A DNA stretch of 32,218 bases from a virus (taxonomy: Duplodnaviria; Caudoviricetes): positions 1-32,218 of the IMG/VR virus record IMGVR_UViG_3300043416_000222; one strand, written 5' to 3'. Positions within the stretch are counted from its first letter, which is position 1. Each line of letters begins with the position of its first letter. Positions 25,292 through 32,218 of this stretch are shown here, piece after piece. The notes beneath the pieces were generated by a model. The model worked only from the letters and a program-made list of their open reading frames with translations, did no database searches and was not told the DNA's origin. The translations under genes were made by a program, and so were the position numbers.

Positions 25292-26166
25292 GCCTTCGCC
25301 TTCACGCCGGGGCGGGACATAGCCGACACGCGCACAAGCATTTCATCTTCCCCCATCGTCAGGCGATTATATGAACTACCGCTAGACATAAGCAGCGCGC
25401 CGTCTGTGCCAATCTTAAACAGCGGCCGCCCTAACGCTTCAAACTTTGCGTAGGTCTTTGGGGTGACCTTCATTGCTCCTCGCGGTGTTTGGATATACAC
25501 CGTCTTGCCGCTCTCAATGCTGCTCTTGATAAAGGCAAACGCATCGGTCGCCTTGCTCATGTCGGTCTTTGCTCCCGAGCGAGAAGACTTGATCTTCTCC
25601 ATTGATCCATCCTCATAAAGCCAGTATGGCGTTGAGTCGGGATCCTTTGCCGAGATGCCATGCCACTCAAGATCCGCGGCGCTTGTGATGCCCTTAGCCT
25701 TTAATGCCTTACGGAGCGCCCCCGCAGTAGTCCGCTTGTCAGCGGCAAACGCTGTTTTCACGCCGGGGCGGGCAAACGGCGACTTTGACGCGCCAAGGAT
25801 CATCGACTGGGACTTGACGGCGATCCGCAGCTGCTCAACGTAATGCTCGATGTCTTTCGCGCTGGTCGCGGAGTTGATGACCTTGATGGCGTTCGTGACA
25901 TACGCGTCGAGCGCGGCGAGCCGTTCTTTGACCTTGTCGCGCATGAACTTGTAGTTGGTGATCGCGTCCTTGGCTGCGGCCTTTGTCTCGGCGACTTGCT
26001 TGCGGTACTCCGGTGACTTGGGATCAGCCGGGTCGGCGGTCAGCGCGGTAGCCGCGTAGCCAACGCGAGACAAAAACCCCATCTCTGCCTTTGCGCTGGT
26101 GCGGGTTGTTTCTTTCACGCCTTGCGCCGCAAATCCCAAACGCTTCTCAATGTCTTGCTTGCTCAT
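25288..26166 (-). CDS. RLGFAA-leader modular protein (3 modules)
   Basis: ATGA-coupled; MSKQDIEKRLGFAA; linkers TTRTSAKAEM, FARPGVKTAF, SSRSGAKTDM, MSRPGVKAKA. Confidence 0.8.
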   Translation of the reverse strand: MSKQDIEKRLGFAAQGVKETTRTSAKAEMGFLSRVGYAATALTADPADPKSPEYRKQVAETKAAAKDAITNYKFMRDKVKERLAALDAYVTNAIKVINSATSAKDIEHYVEQLRIAVKSQSMILGASKSPFARPGVKTAFAADKRTTAGALRKALKAKGITSAADLEWHGISAKDPDSTPYWLYEDGSMEKIKSSRSGAKTDMSKATDAFAFIKSSIESGKTVYIQTPRGAMKVTPKTYAKFEALGRPLFKIGTDGALLMSSGSSYNRLTMGEDEMLVRVSAMSRPGVKAKA

Positions 26167-26543
26167 GTGGTTCCTTTGTTCTTGCCGTGATTCTCGCCTT
26201 TGCAACTACAGTCGCAAGCAGGCCCAGCCGCGTTCCTGCACTTCGCGCCGCAGGTCGTTGGCTTGTTGGTTGGTGTGTACATGACGAAACGCGTGATCTC
26301 TCGCGGTGTGCCGCTAACGAATCCAACCCAGTAGAGTCGGTCGTCCTTGATGGGTTGCAATTTGTTGAAGTCGTAACTCCAACCGACCTGTGCGTCTAGG
26401 AAGAGCTTACGGAATTCTGTCCCGCTTACCCGCTTCCGGTCGTTTGCGCCGAGTTTGCTTAGACCCGCGTAATACTGCGGCTCCGGTGCGCCACGCCATG
26501 CGGCTGCAAATCCAAGACGGCGCTCAATGTCGTTTCGGCACAT
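26163..26543 (-). CDS. RLGFAA-leader protein with C-terminal Cys/His metal-binding motif
   Basis: MCRNDIERRLGFAA; CGAKCRNAAGPACDCSCKGENHG; alternative ATG at 26552. Confidence 0.75.
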   Translation of the reverse strand: MCRNDIERRLGFAAAWRGAPEPQYYAGLSKLGANDRKRVSGTEFRKLFLDAQVGWSYDFNKLQPIKDDRLYWVGFVSGTPREITRFVMYTPTNKPTTCGAKCRNAAGPACDCSCKGENHGKNKGTT

Positions 26544-26561
26544 GGAACGCATCGTACCGAT

Positions 26562-28028
26562 TCAGCCGAACATTCTGCGCTTGACTGCGCGAGAATCGAA
26601 CATCCTGCTTGTGTCGGTCGCCACGGTGACCGCGCCGCCTGATGTCACCACCGTGCCGCTCGACGCTGCGGTGCAGAGGTCAACGATGCAATCGACCGTG
26701 TCGTCGTGACTGCCAGCGGGGAAGGCGAGCATTTCGTCAAGGGTGGAACGGAAGTCGGCGTGTACCTGCCCGTCATGCGCTTGCGGGAACAGGAGCTTTC
26801 CCTGCTCAACGAACGGCTGTGCGGCGGCTGCGCGTAAATGCTTGTCGGCGGTACGGGTCACGGCAATGACGGGCTGGTGGCAGTCTTGGCGGAACTGGTC
26901 GAATACGCCCTTCTGCGGCCCGTTCGCTTCCGCCAGCACCATGCCTACTCCTCGGCGCTCGACAAGGTCTTTTGCCATGCGGGCGAAGTCGGGGAAGGAC
27001 TCGCGGACGCGCAGGATGTCGGTGAGGTACAGGTTGCGGGCTTGGTCAACCTCCCCAACGATGCAGACCGAGTAATCGGGGTCGTCGCGCTCTTGGCGCT
27101 TCTTGCCGTAGCCCCAGTCGATAGCGGCGACCGTGCGCGTACCAAGGGGAACCGTCCCAGAGCGGTAGTAGCGCGTCCACTCGGGTCGGAAGATCAGAAG
27201 GTCGGAGGAGAGCGGGACAAGTTCGTAGGCGCGGGCGTATGCCATCGGCCCCATCTCGCGGCGCTTCTGATCGAGGATCTCAGGCGTGAACACGCTCGGC
27301 CACGGGCTAATCAGTCCCCGGCAAGGCTCGCGTAGGAGCGTGCCAGCGCGTTCGCATTCGCGTCTCCAGTCGGCGGTAATGTCGTCCGTGTGGAAGGGGG
27401 TCGCCGTGCGCCAAATACGGGCGGGGTGCTTGGCGCTTGGGTCAAGCATGGGGAGCCAGATGTTGTTCATTGCCTCCTTGACCTGTGCGCGGAGGGTTGG
27501 CTGGAGGACGGCGTTGCGTAGGTCGCAAATGTCATCCGGCCAAAGCACGTCGGCGCGTCCGCCTGTTCTGCCGAAGATGCCGGAGGCTTGCACGGAGGGG
27601 TCACGCCTTGCCCCTACCCCGGGCGCGGTGATCGACCACGCCATGACGGTGTCCTCCCCGGGCTTGAGTTCAACGTGGGGGAAGGTGGCGCGGTAGATGG
27701 GGCTGCGGATAATGTCGCGCAGGAATCGAGAGGTTGCGGACGCGGCTTCGTCGTTCTGACCGATCAGCTTAAAGCGTGTCGCTGGGCGGCGACCAAGCCA
27801 CCATGCGGCAAGGTAGGTGAGAGTCGAGGTCTTCGCGTGTCCTCGGGGTAGTTCCGCGTACCAACTATGGTGCTTCAACCCGTGCGCGAGCAGACTGCGT
27901 TGCAGGTCGGAGACGGGCTTTCCGAGGCACAAGGCCAAGAACGCTGCCGGGTTCTCCCGCGCTGCGGCGACCGCCTGCTCCGGGGTCAGGCTTTGCGCTT
28001 TGGTTTTCGCTTTGGCTTTGGAAGGCAC
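26562..28028 (-). CDS. terL: terminase large subunit
   Basis: Walker A ELPRGHAKT, TGGRAD..DD Walker B, TPFH.DD, nuclease AIDWG and HDDTVD. Confidence 0.95.
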   Translation of the reverse strand: MPSKAKAKTKAQSLTPEQAVAAARENPAAFLALCLGKPVSDLQRSLLAHGLKHHSWYAELPRGHAKTSTLTYLAAWWLGRRPATRFKLIGQNDEAASATSRFLRDIIRSPIYRATFPHVELKPGEDTVMAWSITAPGVGARRDPSVQASGIFGRTGGRADVLWPDDICDLRNAVLQPTLRAQVKEAMNNIWLPMLDPSAKHPARIWRTATPFHTDDITADWRRECERAGTLLREPCRGLISPWPSVFTPEILDQKRREMGPMAYARAYELVPLSSDLLIFRPEWTRYYRSGTVPLGTRTVAAIDWGYGKKRQERDDPDYSVCIVGEVDQARNLYLTDILRVRESFPDFARMAKDLVERRGVGMVLAEANGPQKGVFDQFRQDCHQPVIAVTRTADKHLRAAAAQPFVEQGKLLFPQAHDGQVHADFRSTLDEMLAFPAGSHDDTVDCIVDLCTAASSGTVVTSGGAVTVATDTSRMFDSRAVKRRMFG

Positions 28029-28408
28029 TTGGGGGGCTGGATCTGGTTGAGGCTTTGAGCGACGGCATCAAGGGCTTGATCTCCAAGGTCGTGGATCACT
28101 TCCACGCGGTCAGTTGCCGTACCAGCGTCAAGGCGCAGGATGCGGTCGAGCTGCACGGTCGCGTCTACGCGGTCACGGGACAGGGACGCAAGGACTTCCA
28201 CGGCTCGCACGCGGGTGCGGGTGTCCATGTTCAGGTCGTTCATGACCTCCGCAAGAAAGGCGGGCGCAGACTTGGCGGTTTCCTCTGGGATCTCCCAGCC
28301 GCCGTAAACGGCTCGCTCAAGGCTGGCAAGGTGCAGGGTCTTCTCGCGGCGTGCGACAAGGTCGCGGACATCCCCCTTCCCCCTGTAGTGGGGTGCGTCT
28401 TCGTTCAT
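27986..28408 (-). CDS. putative terminase small subunit
   Basis: 140 aa helical ORF overlapping the terL start; position-based call. Confidence 0.5.
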   Translation of the reverse strand: MNEDAPHYRGKGDVRDLVARREKTLHLASLERAVYGGWEIPEETAKSAPAFLAEVMNDLNMDTRTRVRAVEVLASLSRDRVDATVQLDRILRLDAGTATDRVEVIHDLGDQALDAVAQSLNQIQPPKCLPKPKRKPKRKA

Positions 28409-28665
28409 GATCGTACCTTCCGTTTCCTCAGAATCAACTCAAATCCGGCAGCGTGCGCGATTGCGAGCGCGGAGTCGAACGCGGGTTTCCTGCGCCCGTT
28501 GCGTGTCCCCGGTGTCCCAAGGAGGCAGCGGACGGTATGAGCGCGGAGGATGCCATCCGCATCCATGCGGTTTGCAAGCTCGCCTCGGGTCATGCCTTGC
28601 CCCTCAACGGCGGTGCGAATGTGTTCCTTGAAGTCGTCATAGGTGTTGATAGCGGTGGCGGACAT
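28405..28665 (-). CDS. XRE-like HTH protein
   Basis: QGMTRGELANRM..HTVRCLL..KPAFDSALAIAHAAGFELIL. Confidence 0.7.
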   Translation of the reverse strand: MSATAINTYDDFKEHIRTAVEGQGMTRGELANRMDADGILRAHTVRCLLGTPGTRNGRRKPAFDSALAIAHAAGFELILRKRKVRS

Positions 28666-29009
28666 ATGCTTTCGAGTATAGCGCGAGATGGAACAGGGCG
28701 GCGCGAAACGCTGACGAGGCGGGGCATTTCCTTACTGTTGGGGTCTTGCGCCCAAGACATGAGCATGGGAATGCGGACGGTGAACCAGTCGGGGGTGGGG
28801 AGTTTTTTGACGTACTCCTCGCGGAAGCGGCCGTGGATACGGTGTCGGACTTGCACGCTGGTGCGGAAGGGGCTGACTTGGATGACGATGCCGTCTTGAT
28901 CGACGGCAACGATCCCGGTCGCGGTGCGCCCGACCGTAAAACCCTCGTGCGCAAAGTAGGTGGCGAGTTGGTTCAGTTGCTGCGCTATCGGCTTGCTTGC
29001 GTATCTCAT
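28590..29009 (-). CDS. hypothetical protein
   Basis: AGGAG RBS, MRYASKPIAQ..; 3' end overlaps the next gene by 76 nt. Confidence 0.65.
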   Translation of the reverse strand: MRYASKPIAQQLNQLATYFAHEGFTVGRTATGIVAVDQDGIVIQVSPFRTSVQVRHRIHGRFREEYVKKLPTPDWFTVRIPMLMSWAQDPNSKEMPRLVSVSRRPVPSRAILESICPPPLSTPMTTSRNTFAPPLRGKA

Positions 29010-29076
29010 GTGTCTCCTAGATTGCCCTGTGCGGCGTTCCTTTGGTCGGGATGGGGTGGAAGGCGTGTTTAGGGGT

Positions 29077-29538
29077 TTAGACGCGTCTAGGGGCAACCCT
29101 GCCCCGCTGCGAGCGGACGTAGTCAACGGCAACGGCGAGTACGCGGGCGGTGGTGGGTACGTAGGTCATCATGTCGCGCACGGCTTCGATCTCGGCATCG
29201 GTCACGGTGGCGAGCGTCTTTGCTGCCCACGAGTCCCATTCTGCAAGCTCGCTCGCGCTTGGTGGGATGCAGGTCTGGGCGCGGGTGTCCTCGATTTCGG
29301 TACTCGCTACCCCGGCGGTGTGCGCGGTAGCGGTGATCTTGCAGTACGCCTTGTGAATCGCGGACAGGTCGGGGCGACTGTCGCGTTCAAGGCGGTGCTG
29401 CTTGATGCACTCGCGCAGGATGTCCTGCTTCAAAGATCCCCAGCGCTCGTTGAGGAGGTCGCCTTCCTCCGGGGTGGGCTTGTACTTCGGCCATAGTTTG
29501 CACAAGTAAATTTTATTGTCGATCCACGTTGTTTGCAT
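29077..29538 (-). CDS. putative helicase loader/replication accessory protein
   Basis: GAGGAG RBS; follows the initiator; LWP..W..L..I..H..RPDLSAI pattern like lambda P / SPP1 G39P-position proteins. Confidence 0.5.
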   Translation of the reverse strand: MQTTWIDNKIYLCKLWPKYKPTPEEGDLLNERWGSLKQDILRECIKQHRLERDSRPDLSAIHKAYCKITATAHTAGVASTEIEDTRAQTCIPPSASELAEWDSWAAKTLATVTDAEIEAVRDMMTYVPTTARVLAVAVDYVRSQRGRVAPRRV

Positions 29539-29561
29539 TGGTGTCTCCTCGGTTGGTGGTT

Positions 29562-30104
29562 TCAGAACGGAACCCAATTCGGATCGGCTTCTTGAGCAGC
29601 CTTAATCTCCGCCCGCCGAAGGCGACGACCCCCTTTCCCAAAGGGGGTAACGGGGGTTTTAATATCTGTGGTTGTGGTTGTGATTGTGATTGCTTCAGCC
29701 ATGCTTGTAGGGTGGCTATCAGGGTGGCTACTAGGGTTGCTCAAGCCACCCTCGCGCATTCGCTGCTTCTTGGCCTCCGCTCCGCGCTTGCCGTTCTCGA
29801 CCGCTCGGTCATGCGCGTCTTGTGCGTCTTGACGCTCGCGCTCCATGCGAGGGTTCTGTAGGGTGGCTTGAGGGTGGCTTGAGCCACCCTTGACCACCAC
29901 GAAGCGAGAGCGGAGGACGATCCAGTCCTCTTCGGACAGGTCGCAGCGGGTCATCGCGGAGCAGATCTTTCGGTCGTCTGGTACGCCCCCGTTCGTCCAC
30001 GCGTACATGAGGAGCTGACAATACGCCCAACCCTGTGCGGTGGTCATGCTGGCGGTGCTGACTAGGAAGTCAGTCGGGTACATCGGGAACCAAGGGAGTG
30101 CCAT
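29562..30104 (-). CDS. replication initiator (YdaU/DUF1376-like)
   Basis: PWFPMYPTDFL.ST..AY..LLM.AW..G.VPDD, LQNPRMERER..NGKRG; internal iterons. Confidence 0.8.
   Translation of the reverse strand: MALPWFPMYPTDFLVSTASMTTAQGWAYCQLLMYAWTNGGVPDDRKICSAMTRCDLSEEDWIVLRSRFVVVKGGSSHPQATLQNPRMERERQDAQDAHDRAVENGKRGAEAKKQRMREGGLSNPSSHPDSHPTSMAEAITITTTTTDIKTPVTPFGKGGRRLRRAEIKAAQEADPNWVPF
29709..29890. repeat. iteron-like repeats AGGGTGGCT, probable replication origin
   Basis: Direct copies at 29709, 29721, 29733 (1 mismatch), 29860, 29871; inverted copies at 29744 and 29882. Confidence 0.75.
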
Positions 30105-30126
30105 GTGTGTGCGTCCTTGCAAAGCC

Positions 30127-30346
30127 GTGAGGGAAGGGAGGAGCGGCGTGCGGGCCAACTCCCTCCCCCCAACGGTTGTCGAAATTGTGAGCAGTTGCAC
30201 GCCGCTCGGCTATCCCCACGTTGGGAGTCGCTGGAAATATGATACCATAAACCTGCCACCATGTGGCGGGGCGGCCTTGGTCGCTCCTTACCTCACCCCC
30301 GGAAGCGCGGCGTGTCGATCGAAAGATCCGCGCCGCGTTTGTTTTT
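30127..30346 (+). ncRNA. candidate structured non-coding RNA
   Basis: Nested stems 30127-40/30284-96 and 30141-51/30197-207, hairpins 30252-70 and 30271-84, GAAA-capped stem 30303-40 plus T run. Confidence 0.45.
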
Positions 30347-30495
30347 GGCGTACCAACCGCGCCAGCCGACCACCAGCGCGGCTGGCACACCGAGCGGCAT
30401 CATAATCGGGCGCGGTGTCAATTTATTTAATGCAGGTTTCTAACTAAGAATCTGCGATTATGCAGAAATCTGTCAACAAACTCATGTACTACCCC

Positions 30496-30524
30496 TTGCG
30501 TACCGATATACCGTGTAGTACATT
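30496..30524 (+). promoter_or_regulatory. sigma70-type early promoter
   Basis: TTGCGT, 17 bp spacer, TACATT upstream of the first + strand gene. Confidence 0.55.
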
Positions 30525-30581
30525 GTGTGAGTCAAAGGCGCGTGCCTCTGACAAACGCAAACAGTATGAGAGGACTGACCA

Positions 30582-30806
30582 ATGACCACCGCAACCACCA
30601 CCGTCCCATCGCAGGAAATTCTTTCAGGCCTGCCATGCGTCACCGCCAAGATCACAAAGCACGGCTGGGTATATCCTGAGCTTGCGGGCGACTTCGCCGT
30701 GTTCGTTCCGGTTGCCAATGCACGCACTATCTACCGTGTCGCAAACGTCTGGTATGTTCGTTGGCCGGGACAGGCGGCACACGTCGCAAATCATCACATG
30801 ATGTGA
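30582..30806 (+). CDS. hypothetical early protein
   Basis: GAGAGGA RBS, 74 aa. Confidence 0.7.
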   Translation: MTTATTTVPSQEILSGLPCVTAKITKHGWVYPELAGDFAVFVPVANARTIYRVANVWYVRWPGQAAHVANHHMM

Positions 30807-30890
30807 TCGACCGCGCACCGACCCCCGCGAGGGGGAAGGATGCGACGGCCGATACCGACGCAACGCACCCAGTTTGAGAGGACTGAGCAA

Positions 30891-31145
30891 ATGTCTACCA
30901 AGACCCAAATGACCGTCACCGATGCCTTGAACAGCGACCGCATTGCCAAGCAGTACAACGATGCCCTGCTTGCCGCCGCTATGGAAATTAACGATGACGC
31001 AAGCCAGCGAGTGATCCGCGCAAACGCCGACCTTGCCGCCTGTGACCGCGACAACGAGAACGGCTTTGCCTTGTGCGTGGAAATGCTTTACCTAGCCGAA
31101 GAAGCCTTCATCAGTCGCCACGAGAACACGGTGGTATCACTTTGA
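30891..31145 (+). CDS. hypothetical early protein
   Basis: GAGAGGA RBS, MSTKTQMTV.., 84 aa. Confidence 0.7.
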   Translation: MSTKTQMTVTDALNSDRIAKQYNDALLAAAMEINDDASQRVIRANADLAACDRDNENGFALCVEMLYLAEEAFISRHENTVVSL

Positions 31146-31471
31146 CCGCTCGCCGCACCGACCCCGCAACTAGCCACATGGCTGCCGATGACATGGCTCC
31201 CAAACTCGCAGGGCTACAAGCCGCGCTCCTAGCCGCCTTCAAGGCGGCTAGGGCGTACGGGCTGACCTCGGACGAAGCCGAAGCCGCAGCGCACCTACAC
31301 GCTGGGGCGCGTCGCAGGGTCAGCGAGCTGCACGCGGCGGGGCTAATCGCTCCGACTGGCGGCACTCGCCTTGGTCGCGCTGGTAAGGCGCAGCGCGTAT
31401 TTATTGCCGTTGTCTCCTCCATCCCCGACAGCCTCTTCACCACCCCTACCGAAAGGAAATTTCGATGCTAG
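31142..31471 (+). CDS. winged-helix DNA-binding protein
   Basis: TTG start; ARRTDPATSH.AA, GLTSDE, RRRVSEL..GLI..G.TR..G..RVF. Confidence 0.75.
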   Translation: MTARRTDPATSHMAADDMAPKLAGLQAALLAAFKAARAYGLTSDEAEAAAHLHAGARRRVSELHAAGLIAPTGGTRLGRAGKAQRVFIAVVSSIPDSLFTTPTERKFRC

Positions 31472-31809
31472 ACACCAAGAAGATCCGCAAGCGCGAAGTC
31501 GAGTACGACATCAATGTTGACCAGTTGCCGGGGATCCCGGAGGTCATCGCTGAGTACCTCATGTCCCACGCGGTGACCGTCCTCCTTGAAGGTCGCTACC
31601 AAGTCGATGGCGGCAACCCGGATGCGGGCGACCAGCCAGCATGGCGCTTGCTCGATTGGAAGATTTTGACCGTGAGCCTTGACGGGCAAGTGCTTGACCA
31701 CGACGAGCGCGTCCCATCAGACTTCCCGATGGCGCTCGTCATCAACAGCACCTACTCGCGCCATACGCGGGAGTACCTTGAGGCGCGGCCGCCGGAGATG
31801 TACGAATGA
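31465..31809 (+). CDS. hypothetical protein
   Basis: AAGGA RBS, 114 aa, ATGA coupled to the MTase. Confidence 0.7.
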   Translation: MLDTKKIRKREVEYDINVDQLPGIPEVIAEYLMSHAVTVLLEGRYQVDGGNPDAGDQPAWRLLDWKILTVSLDGQVLDHDERVPSDFPMALVINSTYSRHTREYLEARPPEMYE

Positions 31810-32218
31810 GATACCTATCCGTCTGTTCAGGCATTGAGGCCGCGACCGTTGCTTGGCATCGGCTTGGCTGGGAGCCTGTTGGATTCTCAGAGATTGAACC
31901 CTTCCCTAGCGCGGTTCTTGCGCATCATTACCCTCACGTTCCCAACTTTGGGGACATGACCAAATTTCAGGAGTGGCCGTTAGATGCAGGAGCAATTGAC
32001 CTTTTGGTGGGAGGAACCCCATGCCAGTCCTTCAGCGTTGCCGGACTCCGGCAAGGACTCCGCGACCCACGCGGAAACCTCATGCTTACCTACCTTGCGA
32101 TCACTGCACGTCTTCGGCCTCGATGGGTTGTCTGGGAAAACGTCCCCGGTGTCTTGTCATCAAACGGAGGACGGGATTTTGGTTCCTTTCTCGGGGGGCT
32201 GGCAGAATTGGGGTATGG
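31806..32218 (+). CDS. dcm: DNA (cytosine-5)-methyltransferase, N-terminal part (3'-partial)
   Basis: Hand translation MRYLSVCSGIEAA..LVGGTPCQSFSVAG..WENVPG (motifs I, IV, VI); open to the window end. Confidence 0.95.
   Translation, partial: MRYLSVCSGIEAATVAWHRLGWEPVGFSEIEPFPSAVLAHHYPHVPNFGDMTKFQEWPLDAGAIDLLVGGTPCQSFSVAGLRQGLRDPRGNLMLTYLAITARLRPRWVVWENVPGVLSSNGGRDFGSFLGGLAELGY

Larger units (their letters stand above)
21770..25772. repeat. dispersed 16-19 bp repeat ttc(g/a)cgccggggcggg encoding (S/A)RPG(A/V)K
   Basis: Copies at 21770-21788 and 22046-22064 (identical 19 bp), 25300-25317 and 25757-25772. Confidence 0.85.

Noticed and set aside
21770-25772. Possible CRISPR array from the 16-19 bp repeats
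   Set aside because: Repeats are short, in-frame coding and irregularly spaced by hundreds to thousands of bp; no cas genes
30105-30400. tRNA gene or ORFs 30040-30405 / 30070-30390
   Set aside because: No cloverleaf or T-loop GTTC signature seen; the ORFs are low-complexity with no RBS
1-32218. Alternative genetic code or stop-codon recoding
   Set aside because: Genes are full length and tightly coupled under the standard bacterial code

Overview
The window looks like an almost complete ~32 kb tailed dsDNA phage genome (siphovirus-like, Mu-type head module). It appears circularly permuted: it ends in the N-terminal half (31806-32218) and starts with the C-terminal end (1-212) of what is probably one C5 cytosine methyltransferase. 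A + strand arm (30582-32218, then 1-3998) carries small early genes, the MTase, a CsrA-like protein, RusA, an ERF recombinase and Gp157. A long - strand arm (30104 to 4003) runs replication initiator with iterons, terminase, portal, MuF, head accessories, protease/scaffold, capsid, tail (with a -1 frameshifted chaperone and a very short tape measure), membrane/lysis genes and Cys-rich genes. I saw no integrase, repressor, polymerase, sheath or endolysin. The main novel candidate is a set of four head-region genes sharing an N-terminal 'I-x-x-RLG(I)FAA' leader. Two are polyproteins of unrelated modules joined by a repeated (F/S/M)-(S/A)-R-P-G-x-K-x-x-(F/M) linker, and a variant of that linker occurs in the prohead protease itself. 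This suggests a capsid-targeted, protease-processed cargo cassette system. Other notable items are a copy of the capsid N-terminal peptide inside the protease, a structured ~220 nt ncRNA candidate, and a lysis cassette with micro-ORFs. All family calls come from motif recognition by eye, with no database search.
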